In this document: piece after piece, positions 27,428 through 36,602 of the stretch
How the letters are laid out: each line of letters opens with the position of its first letter
How positions within the stretch are numbered: position 1 is the first letter of the stretch
From: Chloroflexota bacterium
Lineage (GTDB): Bacteria; Chloroflexota; Dormibacteria; Aeolococcales; Aeolococcaceae
Length of the DNA stretch: 48,311 bases
NCBI GenBank assembly: GCA_005879785.1
Contig: VBJV01000011.1
Span: 1-48,311 of the forward strand
Direction: 5' to 3'
Notes under the pieces: model-generated
Seen by the model: the letters and a program-made list of their open reading frames with translations, nothing else
Database searches by the model: none
What the model was told of the DNA's origin: nothing
Translations under genes and position numbers: made by a program

Positions 27428-27460
27428 GCCTCGAGCGTACGGAATACCATCGGAGCCGCT

Positions 27461-28273
27461 GTGAAGTGGCTGCCCGCCGGCGACTGGGAGGACATCCGCT
27501 ACGAGACCGCCGGCGGGATCGCCAAGCTCACCATCAACCGGCCGGAGGTGCGCAACGCCTTCAGGCCGACCACCCTCTTCGAGCTGGCCCGCGCCTTCGA
27601 CATGGCGCGCGACGACCCGGAGATCGGCGTCATCGTGCTGACCGGCGAGGGTCCGCTGGCCTTCTGCTCCGGCGGTGACCAGCGCGTCCGCGGCGACGAC
27701 GGGTACCGCGACGCCCAGGGCATCGGGCGGCTGAACGTCCTCGACCTGCAGGTGCAGATCCGCCGCCTGCCCAAGCCCGTGGTAGCGATGGTGGCCGGCT
27801 ACGCGATCGGCGGCGGCCACGTGCTGCACCTGGTGTGCGACCTCACCATCGCCGCCGAGAACGCACGTTTTGGCCAGACCGGGCCGAAAGTCGGGTCCTT
27901 CGACGCCGGCTACGGTTCCGGCCTGCTGGCCCGGACGGTCGGCCTGAAGCGAGCAAAGGAGATCTGGTTCCTCTGCGAGGAATACGACGCGCAGACGGCG
28001 CTGCGCTGGGGTCTGGTCAATCGCGTGGTGCCCGTCGAGCGGCTCGAATCCGAGACCGTGGCGGTGTGCGAGCGCATGCTCGAGATGAGCCCGCTCGCGC
28101 TTCGTCTCCTCAAGGCAGGCTTCAACGCCGACAGCGATGGCCTGGCCGGCGTTCAGCAGCTCGCCGGCGACGCGACCCTTCTCTTCTACATGAGTGAGGA
28201 AGCCCAGGAGGGCCGCGACGCGTACGTGCAGAAACGCAAGCCGCAGTTCGCGAAGTTCCCCAAGCGCCCGTGA
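27461..28273 (+). CDS. menB: 1,4-Dihydroxy-2-naphthoyl-CoA synthase MenB
   Basis: From GTG 27461: [92 protein letters not shown]. Confidence 0.9.
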   Translation: MKWLPAGDWEDIRYETAGGIAKLTINRPEVRNAFRPTTLFELARAFDMARDDPEIGVIVLTGEGPLAFCSGGDQRVRGDDGYRDAQGIGRLNVLDLQVQIRRLPKPVVAMVAGYAIGGGHVLHLVCDLTIAAENARFGQTGPKVGSFDAGYGSGLLARTVGLKRAKEIWFLCEEYDAQTALRWGLVNRVVPVERLESETVAVCERMLEMSPLALRLLKAGFNADSDGLAGVQQLAGDATLLFYMSEEAQEGRDAYVQKRKPQFAKFPKRP

Positions 28274-29110
28274 TCGCGGGAGCCACGCGCGCGCCCGGGC
28301 GCCTCGGCGTCTGGGTGCTGGGGGCGCGCCCGCCGACGCTCGTCGCCGCGCACCGTGCTCGCGCTCATCGTCGCCCTCGGCCTGCAGGTGGCCGTCAACT
28401 ACGCCAACGACTACTTCGACGGCACCCGCGGCGTCGACACTCCGGCGCGGCTGGGCCCGCAACGACTCGTCGCCTCCGGGATGGCGAGCGCGAGAAGCGT
28501 TGCTGCGGCAGCGGCCTGCGCAGTGCTGGTTGCGGCTGCCGCGGGGATTTCGCTCGCGCTGCTCACCAGCGTGTGGTTGCTGCTCATCGGCGCGGCCGCC
28601 ATCCTCGCCCTCGTCCTGTACTCCGGCGGACCCTCGCCGTACGGATCGCTCGGCCTGGGCGAGGTGGCCGTCTTCCTCTTCTTCGGCGTGGTCGCCACCG
28701 CGGGAACGGCGTACGTGCAGCAGCAGACCGTGCCGGCGGCCTCGTGGCTGGCAGCCGTATCGGTGGGGCTGAACGCGTGCCTGCTGCTCATGGTGAACAA
28801 CATTCGCGACATCCCCACCGACAGCGACGCCGGCAAGCGCACGGTGGCGGTGCGGCTCGGTGACCGGCGCAGCCGTGTGCTGCTCATCGTGACCGCCGCC
28901 GTGTCCCTGCTGGTGCCCGTGGTCGGTTCGGCCGCCGGGGCCATGCCGCGAGTCGCAGCGCTGTCCGCGCTGAGCGGCGTCATCGCGCTGAGGCCACTGC
29001 GCGCCGCGCAGACGGAGCGCGGCCGCGCGCTCGTCCCGGTGCTGATCGGGTTGTCGCGGTTCGACCTGGCGTTCGCCGCGGTGCTGACGACTGCGTTTCT
29101 GGTGTCGTGA
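28270..29110 (+). pseudogene. menA: 1,4-Dihydroxy-2-naphthoate polyprenyltransferase MenA, with an N-terminal frame break (intact ORF 28355..29110; N-terminal fragment 28270..~28350 in another frame)
   Basis: The large ORF has the UbiA motifs NYANDYFDGTRGVDT and NNIRDIPTDSDAGKRTVAV. The conserved MenA N-terminus (GVWVLGARPPTLVAA) is encoded in a different frame. That frame starts at GTG 28270, which overlaps the menB stop (GTGA). Confidence 0.7.
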
Positions 29111-29964
29111 GACGAATCGCGTTCGCGGTGCGCCTGCGGGTTCCGGTCATGGGCGTGCGTGAGCGCAACGGCTGGATCATCGAGGGCGCCGCCGGCTGGG
29201 GCGAGTGTTCGCCGCTGCCGACCTGGTCGGGCGCCGAGTGCGCGGCCGCCGAAGGCGCCGCTGTCGAGGCAGCCGAGCTGCCCTTTCCTCAGCAGCGACG
29301 GGACCAGGTGCTGGTGAACGCGCTGGTGCCCCGCCTGGCGCCCGACGCCGCCGCCCAGCTGGCCGTTGCATCGCGCTGCGCCACGATCAAGGTGAAGGTG
29401 GGGGACAGCGACTCTGTGGACCGTGTCGCCGCGGTGCGCGTCGCGTGCGGCCGCCTCGCCCGCATCCGCGTCGACGCCAACGGCTCGTGGGACGCCGACA
29501 CCGCGGAGCGCGAGCTGAAGCGACTCAGCGCGTACGGCATCGAGCTCGCCGAGGACCCGGTGGCCACGCTCGAGGAGCTCGCCCGCCTCCGCCGGCGCAC
29601 GTCGATCCCGCTCGCTGCGGAGTCGTGCATTCGCACGGTCGACGACGCCACGCGCCTGCGCGAGCTCGCCGCCGCTGACGTCGTCGTGCTCAAACCACAG
29701 CGCATCGGGGGTGTGCGCGCCGCGCTGCGCGCAGCGGAGTCAGCTGGCGTGCCGGCGATCGCCTCCAGCGCGCTGGAGACGTCGGTCGGCCTCGCGGCTG
29801 TCGTCGCCCTCGCGGCGGCGCTGCCGGATGCACCGTTCGCGCACGGTGCCGGCACCGCACTGCTGCTCGAGTCGGACATCGCCGCCGAGCCGCTGCTGCC
29901 CGTGGACGGCTGCCTGCCGCCACGGCGGGTGACGCCGGATCCCGCCATCCTCGCCGCGGCATGA
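29107..29964 (+). CDS. menC: o-Succinylbenzoate synthase MenC (enolase superfamily, short actinobacterial type)
   Basis: EGAAGWGECSPLP, IKVKVG, RVDANGSW, LAEDP, LAAES and VLKPQRIGG follow the enolase-superfamily K-x-K / D-E-D pattern. GTGA overlap with the menA stop. Confidence 0.75.
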   Translation: MRRIAFAVRLRVPVMGVRERNGWIIEGAAGWGECSPLPTWSGAECAAAEGAAVEAAELPFPQQRRDQVLVNALVPRLAPDAAAQLAVASRCATIKVKVGDSDSVDRVAAVRVACGRLARIRVDANGSWDADTAERELKRLSAYGIELAEDPVATLEELARLRRRTSIPLAAESCIRTVDDATRLRELAAADVVVLKPQRIGGVRAALRAAESAGVPAIASSALETSVGLAAVVALAAALPDAPFAHGAGTALLLESDIAAEPLLPVDGCLPPRRVTPDPAILAAA

Positions 29965-31694
29965 GCGCCCCCGGCGACGGCGACCTCGCCTTTGCATGCG
30001 CGTCGGCGCTCGTCGACGAGCTGGCGCGCGGCGGTCTGTCCCACGCCTGCCTCACGCCCGGGTCCCGGTCGACACCGCTGGCACTTGCGGTGGCGCGCCA
30101 TCCGAGCGTTCGTGTCCACGTGCACGTCGACGAGCGGTCCTCCGCGTTCTTCGCGCTGGGCATAGCCAAGGCAACCGCCGCGCCGGTGGCGGTGATCTGC
30201 ACCTCAGGCACGGCTGCAGCCAACCATTTCCCAGCGGTGATCGAAGCGTTCATGGCTCGCGTGCCGCTGGTCATCCTCACCGCCGACCGGCCCCCCGAGC
30301 TTCACGGTGTCGGCGCCAACCAGACCATCGACCAGCAGCACCTGTACGGGTCTTTCGTGCGCTGGTTCATCGACGCCGGCGTGCCCGAGGATCGATCCGA
30401 CAATGCGACGGTGTGGCGGTCGCTCGGCGCTCGTGCCCTCGCCGCGGCGCGGGCCCGGCCGGGTGGGCCGGTGCACGTCAACCTGCCGTTTCGCGAGCCG
30501 CTGCTGCCGCGGTCGGACGACTTCGCGCTCGAGAGTGCAACCGGCGATGCGCCGGACACCGTGTCCGCGCCGGCCGCAGATGGCGGCGGGTCGTCGCGCC
30601 TGGACCACGAGGTCTCCACGCTGGCGAGGCACATCGCCGGAGCCGAGCGCGGCCTGGTGATCGCCGGCGCGCTGCGCACGCCCGCACCTGAAATGCTGCC
30701 TCTGGCGGCAGCTCTGGGCTGGCCGCTCATCGCCGAGCCGGCATCCGGGCTGCGCCGTGCGACCGCGCTTGCGGCAGGCTCACTGCTCGCCACAGACCCG
30801 TCGTGGCGCGACGGGCACCGCGCCGATGTGGTGCTGCAGGTCGGCGCGGCTCCCACCACGCGGGGCGTGCAGGCACTCGTCCGCGACGCCGGACGGCTCG
30901 TGGTCATCGACCCCGACGAGCTCAACCCCGTTCCGGATCGGCGCGCGGACTTCATCGCTCACGCCGATGTGTCGCCGATCGCCACAGGCCTTGCGGCAGC
31001 CATCAAGGCGACGCCATCCTCGGCCTGGAACGAGGCGTGGCGAGCGGCGGACGTGTCGACGCGTTCTGCTGTCGACGCGCTGCTGGATTCGTGGGACGAG
31101 CCCTTCGAGGGCAGGGTCGCTCGCGACCTGGCGGCACGCGTGCCCGCCGGTGGCATTCTCGTCGTGGCGTCGAGCATGCCCGTGCGCGACCTCGACCACT
31201 ACATGGCCCCTCGAGACGGCCTCCGAGTTCTGGCCAATCGTGGCGTCAGCGGCATCGACGGCATGGTCTCCACGGTGCTCGGCGCCGCCGAGTCCGGAGC
31301 ACCCACCTACGCGCTGATCGGCGACCTGGCGCTGCTGCACGACGCAGCGGGCCTGGTGTGGAGCGCGGGCCGGGGCCACGCCGCGCTGCTGGTGGTCGTG
31401 GATAACCCTGGCGGCGGGATCTTCTCGCTGCTGCCCCAGGCAAGCCTGCGCCGCGACGAGTTCGAGGAGCTGTTCGGCACGCCGCATGCGCTCGACCTGG
31501 GCGCGCTTGCGAGCGCCGCCCGGGCGGGCGTGTCACGCGTCGAGCACGCGCATGACTTCGCCCCCGCCTTCAACGTGGCGACACGAGCTGGCGGCGTGCA
31601 GGTGCTGCACGTGACCGTCGACCGCTGGCGCGCAGTCGAGCTCCGCGAGCGCGTGGCGCGGGTGGTCGAGCAAAGCGTGGCCGCGCTGCCCTGA
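29961..31694 (+). CDS. menD: SEPHCHC synthase MenD (ThDP-dependent)
   Basis: LTPGSRSTPLALA, DERSSAFFALG, CTSGTAAAN, ILTADRPPEL, GANQTIDQ, NRGVSGIDG, GDLALLHD, NPGGGIF. ATGA overlap with the menC stop. Confidence 0.9.
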   Translation: MSAPGDGDLAFACASALVDELARGGLSHACLTPGSRSTPLALAVARHPSVRVHVHVDERSSAFFALGIAKATAAPVAVICTSGTAAANHFPAVIEAFMARVPLVILTADRPPELHGVGANQTIDQQHLYGSFVRWFIDAGVPEDRSDNATVWRSLGARALAAARARPGGPVHVNLPFREPLLPRSDDFALESATGDAPDTVSAPAADGGGSSRLDHEVSTLARHIAGAERGLVIAGALRTPAPEMLPLAAALGWPLIAEPASGLRRATALAAGSLLATDPSWRDGHRADVVLQVGAAPTTRGVQALVRDAGRLVVIDPDELNPVPDRRADFIAHADVSPIATGLAAAIKATPSSAWNEAWRAADVSTRSAVDALLDSWDEPFEGRVARDLAARVPAGGILVVASSMPVRDLDHYMAPRDGLRVLANRGVSGIDGMVSTVLGAAESGAPTYALIGDLALLHDAAGLVWSAGRGHAALLVVVDNPGGGIFSLLPQASLRRDEFEELFGTPHALDLGALASAARAGVSRVEHAHDFAPAFNVATRAGGVQVLHVTVDRWRAVELRERVARVVEQSVAALP

Positions 31695-31706
31695 TCGCGG
31701 CCGAGC

Positions 31707-32897
31707 TCAGACGGCGGCCGGGTCGACTCCGAGCGCGCGCAGCACGGCGCCGAACTTGGCGTCTGTCTCGAGATCCTCGGCATCCGGGTCCGAGCCGGCC
31801 ACGATGCCGGCGCCCGCATACAGCAGCGCGGTGCGTCCGCGCACCTGCGCGCAGCGCAGCGTGACGGCCCACTCACCGTCCCCCCTCTCGTCCACCCAGC
31901 CCACCAGCCCAGCATAGAAACCGCGATCGAACTCCTCCAGCTCGTGGATCACGTCCAGCGCGGCGGCGGTCGGCGTGCCACAGACCGCCGGGGTCGGGTG
32001 CAGCGCAGCCGCGAGCGCGAGCGCGTCCGGCGCGCCCGGCAGCAGCACGCCGCGGATGGCGGTGCGCAGATGCCACAGCGTGGCCGTCGCCGTGAGTGAT
32101 GGTTGCTCGTCCACCTCGAGCTCCGCGCAGAACGGCGCCAGCGCGTCTGCGACGGCCTCGGCCGTGAGGCGGTGCTCGCGTCGTTCCTTCACCGTCTCCA
32201 GCAGTGCGCGAGCGATCGCCGCGTCCTCGCTGCGATCCGCGACGCGCTGGGCCGTTCCGGCCAGCGGGTCGCTGAACACGGCCGCGCCGCGGCGGCGCAG
32301 CAGCAGCTCGGGGCTCGCTCCGATGAGGTCGCCGGCGCCGTCGGGCAGCGACACCGTGAAGACGAAACATTCAGGGTCCACAGCCCGCAGGCGGCGCGCG
32401 AGCACTGGCGGTTCAAGCCTGGCGTCGCTCTCGACCAGCAGCGTCCGGGACAGCACCACCTTGTCGAGGCCGCCGGCGTCGATGCGACGCAGCGCTTCCG
32501 CGACCAGCGATGTGTACGTGCCCGGCCTGGGGTCGGCGCGGATGCGCGCCACCCGCCGCGCCGGCGCGGGAGGTGCGGGCCGTGGCACGGCGTGCTGGCG
32601 ACGCTGGACTCGCTCGGGAACGAGCAGGCGAGCCGTTCGCGTGCCCTCGAATGGCAGTACGCCCAGCGCAACTGCGGCGTGTGCAGTGTCCCCCAGGGCG
32701 GTCTGAGCAGTGGTGGCCGCGCGCTGCACCTGGTTCGGGCCTGGTTCGACGTCGATGCTCAGGCTCTCGCCGTCGGCGGCGACTCCGTGCCCGGCCTGCA
32801 CCATGACGAACCCCGTGCCGGGCCGGTACACGTCGAAGAGGCCGGTCGCGTTGGCCTCCTGACGCGGACCGGTCTCGACACGCTGGGCCGCGCTCAC
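31707..32897 (-). CDS. menF: Isochorismate synthase MenF
   Basis: DKVVLSR, GASPELLL, PLAGT, LHPTPAVCGTP, RGFYAGLVGW, AGAGIVAGSDPDAEDLETDAKF. GTG start in a GTGA overlap with the menG stop. Confidence 0.85.
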   Translation of the reverse strand: MSAAQRVETGPRQEANATGLFDVYRPGTGFVMVQAGHGVAADGESLSIDVEPGPNQVQRAATTAQTALGDTAHAAVALGVLPFEGTRTARLLVPERVQRRQHAVPRPAPPAPARRVARIRADPRPGTYTSLVAEALRRIDAGGLDKVVLSRTLLVESDARLEPPVLARRLRAVDPECFVFTVSLPDGAGDLIGASPELLLRRRGAAVFSDPLAGTAQRVADRSEDAAIARALLETVKERREHRLTAEAVADALAPFCAELEVDEQPSLTATATLWHLRTAIRGVLLPGAPDALALAAALHPTPAVCGTPTAAALDVIHELEEFDRGFYAGLVGWVDERGDGEWAVTLRCAQVRGRTALLYAGAGIVAGSDPDAEDLETDAKFGAVLRALGVDPAAV

Positions 32898-33583
32898 CGG
32901 CGCGTGCCGACCAGGAGCTGCGCCACCTCAGCGGAAAACGTCTGGCGTTGCAGCCGCTCGAAGCCCGCGTCGCCGAGCATCCCCATCAGCACGGCCGGCG
33001 CGGGGAGGTACGCCGTCGACGCAGGCAGGTACCGGTAAGCGGCGCCATCCGACAGCGCGGCGCCGATGAGCGGGACGATGCGCCGAAAGTACAGCGAGTG
33101 CGCGCTCTGCAGCAGCCGTGAGCCGGGCACCGCCACCTCGAGGAAGGCGACGCGGCCTCCGCTGCGGACCACCCGCGCCGCCTCGCGGAACACTGCCGCG
33201 ATGTCGACGACGTTGCGCAGTGCGAATCCCGAGACGGCGCCATCAAGAGAGCCGTCTCGAAACGGCAGCTCGAGCACGTCGGCGCGAAACAACGGCGCGG
33301 CAGTGCGAGCGTGCGTGAGCATCTCAGCCGCGACGTCGACACCAATCGGCCGGTAACCGCCGCGGCTGAGCTCGCGACACAGGTCGCCCGTGCCGCAGCC
33401 GAGGTCGAGCACGCGGGCATGGCTGGGCAGCGCAAGCGCTCGAACCGTGCGCCGCCGCCACCACGAATCCAGCCCGAAGGTCATGAGGGCGTTGACGAGG
33501 TCGTAGCGCGGCGCGATGCGATTGAACATCGCCTCCACCATCTGCGCTTTCCCCTTGCCGACCGGGAGCTGGGTGGCGGTCAT
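32894..33583 (-). CDS. menG: Demethylmenaquinone methyltransferase MenG/UbiE
   Basis: MFNRIAPRYDLVNALMTFGLDSWWRR, VLDLGCGTGD (SAM motif I), FRDGSLDAV, GFALRNV, GGRVAFLE. The start is either ATG 33583 or TTG 33586; the ATG shares one base with the upstream TGA. Confidence 0.9.
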   Translation of the reverse strand: MTATQLPVGKGKAQMVEAMFNRIAPRYDLVNALMTFGLDSWWRRRTVRALALPSHARVLDLGCGTGDLCRELSRGGYRPIGVDVAAEMLTHARTAAPLFRADVLELPFRDGSLDGAVSGFALRNVVDIAAVFREAARVVRSGGRVAFLEVAVPGSRLLQSAHSLYFRRIVPLIGAALSDGAAYRYLPASTAYLPAPAVLMGMLGDAGFERLQRQTFSAEVAQLLVGTRR

Positions 33584-34593
33584 CAAACTGCGCCGCGTTC
33601 CTTCTGACTCGCGTAGTAGACGACCTTGCGCGCGCGCATGACGTCGCCGAGCGGTCGGTGCTCCACCAGCGCGTTCCAGGGGTCGAACTTCGACTCCTCG
33701 ACCGTGGTGGCGAAGTCGCGCGCTGCGGCGCCGTCGATGTCCTGCGGCGGGATGGTCAGGCGGGCAACGGTGACGTACGGCGCCCGCGATTCCGGCCAGT
33801 CGACAGCGGCATTCTCTATGGGCGTCGTCGCCTCATCGGTGAAGAACTGCAGCTGCAGCTCGTGCACCAGGGGGCCCTGCGCCAGGCGCGTGCGCAAGTC
33901 CGCGGCCCAGCCGCCCGACACGTCCGCAGGCACGTCCCCGGCCGCAGGGCGCAGGCGCACACGCGACGCGTACGGACCGCAGGCTATGGGCGCAGCGCTG
34001 TAGAAGCACTCGGTGGCGTACCCGGTGAAGCGACGCTTGAGCAGCGCGGTCCCGCGGCGGGCGCGCTGGATGCCGCCGATGAGCCCGTGCGTGCGCACCA
34101 GGTGCTTTAACGCGGCTTGCGTCCCGTGCGACAGCGCCACGATCAATCCCGCGAACTCGTGGCTGCTCCCGGATTGGAATGACGGCAGGTTGATCAGCGC
34201 GAAATTCTGCTCGTCGGTCGTGCCGCCGAGAGCCCCGGGTCCGGTGACGCCGAACACCTTGATCGCGAACCCATGGATGTCCGGGACGGAGTCCGGGCGC
34301 ACGTTCATGCTTGCGGAGGAAAGGCGGATCCACGCGTCACGCGCCAGGGCAGCGGCGAACAGGCCGTGGCGCGCGTGCTCGGGCACGTCCGTCAGGACCT
34401 CGAAGCGCGCCTTGAGCGCGAGCACCTGATGACGGTGCAGCGCGCGCCCGTTTCCGTAGCGCTGCGTCCGCCGGCGTTGGAAGTCTACGAATTGCTCGCC
34501 GTAGCGTGCGAACCGCTCATCCTCGTCGGGCGCAACACGCTCTCGCCACTCGGTGCTCGGCGGACGCTGCGTGCTGACCTGCGTCGCGGTCAT
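33583..34593 (-). CDS. Small catalase-related haem protein (catalase family, ~336 aa)
   Basis: RALHRHQVLALKARFEVLTDVPEHARHGLF...IRLSSAS...DIHGFAIKVFG parallels the catalase distal-His segment (R..H.KG...G.FEV...RFS...D.RGFA.KF). The C-terminal PLGDVMRARKVVYYASQKER fits the proximal R...Y..S...R tyrosinate motif. ATGA overlap with the upstream stop. Confidence 0.65.
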   Translation of the reverse strand: MTATQVSTQRPPSTEWRERVAPDEDERFARYGEQFVDFQRRRTQRYGNGRALHRHQVLALKARFEVLTDVPEHARHGLFAAALARDAWIRLSSASMNVRPDSVPDIHGFAIKVFGVTGPGALGGTTDEQNFALINLPSFQSGSSHEFAGLIVALSHGTQAALKHLVRTHGLIGGIQRARRGTALLKRRFTGYATECFYSAAPIACGPYASRVRLRPAAGDVPADVSGGWAADLRTRLAQGPLVHELQLQFFTDEATTPIENAAVDWPESRAPYVTVARLTIPPQDIDGAAARDFATTVEESKFDPWNALVEHRPLGDVMRARKVVYYASQKERGAV

Positions 34594-36029
34594 CGACGAT
34601 GCCTCCTGCCATTGACGCTCAGCGCGCCTGTCCGGGCGGACGGCTCGCGCAGCTCCGCAAGTCCCTGCTCGATGCCACTGCAGAGGATCTCCAGGTCGGG
34701 GACCGAGTCGTAGTCGCCGGTCACTCCGAAGTTGACCTGGCCATCGTAGGAAAAGATCGCCACCGTGACACGCAGCTGTCCGGCCAGCGGCACGAAGGGG
34801 AACGCCTTGACGAGCCGGCGGCCTCGCATGTACAGCGGCAGCTGGGGGCCGGGCACGTTGGTGGTGACCGTGTTGAGGTTGCGCAACGCGGTCTGCGTCA
34901 CCAGGCGCGTGCCCAGGGCGAGCAGCATGGCGGGCGCAAAACCGGAGATCGCTGTCAGCGCTTCGCCGGCCAGCGCTTCCTTCGCCTGTTTGAGATCCTC
35001 CATCTGCGCTGAGATCGCGCCAAGACGTGCCACGGGATCGGCCAGATGCACGGGCAGATCCGCGAACATCGCCGACACCTTGTTGTTGAAGCGTCCGTCA
35101 CCGATTGCCTTTCCGGCCTCGTCGCGCGGACGCACCGAGACCGGGACCATCGTGCGCAGCGGCGCCACAAGCGGTTCCTCGCGGTGCAGCAGCAGCGCGC
35201 GGAACCCTGACGTGATCGCCGCCAGGACGACATCGTTGAACGTGCCACCGACCTCGTGGCGCACCGCCTTGACGTCGTCGACGGAGGCCGATGCCCAGGC
35301 CCAGCGGCGATGCGGTCCGATGGGCCCATTGAGGCTCGTGGGCGACGCCGGGCGCAGCAGGCCGGCCAGCCGGAGCGCGCCACCGGACAGCCCGGCGAGG
35401 CGGACCACCGCGTCTCGCCCGGCCAGCGCAGCGCCGGGCAGGGCGCGCAGCTGGCGATACGGGATGCTGGCCACGTCTGACACCGCGTCGACCAGGAGCC
35501 GCAGCGACGACGGCTGCGCCTCGGGACGCCACGTGTCCAGCGCCACCGGCGAGGGGTCCGGGGACAGGTCCATGACCACCGCGAGCAACTCGGTGCCGGA
35601 TACACCGTCGACCAGACAGTGGTGCGTCTTGCAGAGCATCGCCCACCGGCCGTCTTCGAGGCCCTCAACGACCCAGATCTCCCACAGGGGCTTGGCGCGG
35701 TCCAGCTGCTGGGACATCACCCGCCCGACCAGGCGACGCAGCTCTGCCTCGCCACCCGGCGACGGCAGCGCCGAGCGGCGCACGTGGTAGTCGATGTTGA
35801 AGTGCGGGTCATCGACCCACACGGGACGGCTGAACCGCCCCGGTACGGGGCGCACGAGCTGGCGGTAGCGCGGCACCAGGCGCAGCTTGCTGCTGATCAT
35901 CGCGACCAGCTTCTTCTGCGGCGGCGGCGGGCCCTCGAAGATGCAGACAGACCCGATGTGCATGTGGCTGACGCTGTCCTCGATCGTGAGGAACGAGGCG
36001 TCGAGTGGGCTCAGCCGGTCGTTGCTCAC
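34590..36029 (-). CDS. Wax ester synthase/diacylglycerol acyltransferase (WS/DGAT) family protein
   Basis: From GTG 36029: RLSPLDASFLTIEDSVSHMHIGSV, the catalytic HHCLVDGVSG (HHxxxDG), NDVVLAA and TTNVPGPQLPLY. Track ORF 34590..36140 was trimmed at the GTGA overlap with the upstream stop (36026-36029). Confidence 0.85.
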   Translation of the reverse strand: MSNDRLSPLDASFLTIEDSVSHMHIGSVCIFEGPPPPQKKLVAMISSKLRLVPRYRQLVRPVPGRFSRPVWVDDPHFNIDYHVRRSALPSPGGEAELRRLVGRVMSQQLDRAKPLWEIWVVEGLEDGRWAMLCKTHHCLVDGVSGTELLAVVMDLSPDPSPVALDTWRPEAQPSSLRLLVDAVSDVASIPYRQLRALPGAALAGRDAVVRLAGLSGGALRLAGLLRPASPTSLNGPIGPHRRWAWASASVDDVKAVRHEVGGTFNDVVLAAITSGFRALLLHREEPLVAPLRTMVPVSVRPRDEAGKAIGDGRFNNKVSAMFADLPVHLADPVARLGAISAQMEDLKQAKEALAGEALTAISGFAPAMLLALGTRLVTQTALRNLNTVTTNVPGPQLPLYMRGRRLVKAFPFVPLAGQLRVTVAIFSYDGQVNFGVTGDYDSVPDLEILCSGIEQGLAELREPSARTGALSVNGRRHRR

Positions 36030-36397
36030 CGCCGGCGCCTCTGGTCCAACGCCACGATCACCACCGACGCCGCGCCGGCCGCGAAGGCGAGGCAGGCGAT
36101 CACGCCGAGGACGACCAGGCTGCTGCCACCGGTGAGCCACGTGACCATGAGCAACGCCGTCAGAGCCGCGGCGCCGATCGCCGTGCCTGCCGACAGCCAG
36201 AACGTCGCGGGCGTGACCCAGGTCGTGGCCAGGCTCCCGCTGAGCGGTCGCGAGATCATTGCCACCATGAAGGCATCTGCCGCAGGACGCACCCGGCGCG
36301 CGACCCCGCCCAGCTCCGGGGCGGGACCGGACGGCACCGCGGTGAGGCGATTAGGCACGGGCGCCACCACCGTCCATGCGCTCAGTCTGACGCTCAT
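36026..36397 (-). CDS. Hypothetical membrane protein (123 aa)
   Basis: C-terminal hydrophobic helices (FWLSAGTAIGAAALTALLMVTWL, LVVLGVIACLAFAAGAASVVIVAL). It is locked into the chain by ATGA (36394-36397) and GTGA (36026-36029) overlaps. No family recognised. Confidence 0.5.
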   Translation of the reverse strand: MSVRLSAWTVVAPVPNRLTAVPSGPAPELGGVARRVRPAADAFMVAMISRPLSGSLATTWVTPATFWLSAGTAIGAAALTALLMVTWLTGGSSLVVLGVIACLAFAAGAASVVIVALDQRRRR

Positions 36398-36582
36398 CGC
36401 CGCCGCCGCGGATCGGTTCGGTCAGAGCGGCGCGAGCGCTCCAACCGGCGGTGGACGGACATGAACGTCCGCCCTCGATACCGGCTGTCCGGACGCGGCC
36501 GGGTGGGTGGCAGCGTCGACCCCCACCAGAGGAGCGCGGCGATACCGGCTCCGAGCGCGACGATGATGATCACGGTGAGCAC
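36394..36582 (-). CDS. Hypothetical small single-pass membrane protein (62 aa)
   Basis: GTG start. An N-terminal helix (LTVIIIVALGAGIAALLWW) is followed by a basic tail. It is the first ORF of the minus-strand chain. Confidence 0.4.
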   Translation of the reverse strand: MLTVIIIVALGAGIAALLWWGSTLPPTRPRPDSRYRGRTFMSVHRRLERSRRSDRTDPRRRR

Positions 36583-36602
36583 AGGACGACTGTAGGCCGC
36601 TG

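Noticed and set aside
31698-31720. CGGCCG ... CGGCCG hairpin between the convergent menD and menF as a bidirectional terminator
   Set aside because: It has only a 6-bp stem with an 11-nt loop and no U-tract, and it overlaps the menF stop codon. It is easily produced by chance in this composition.
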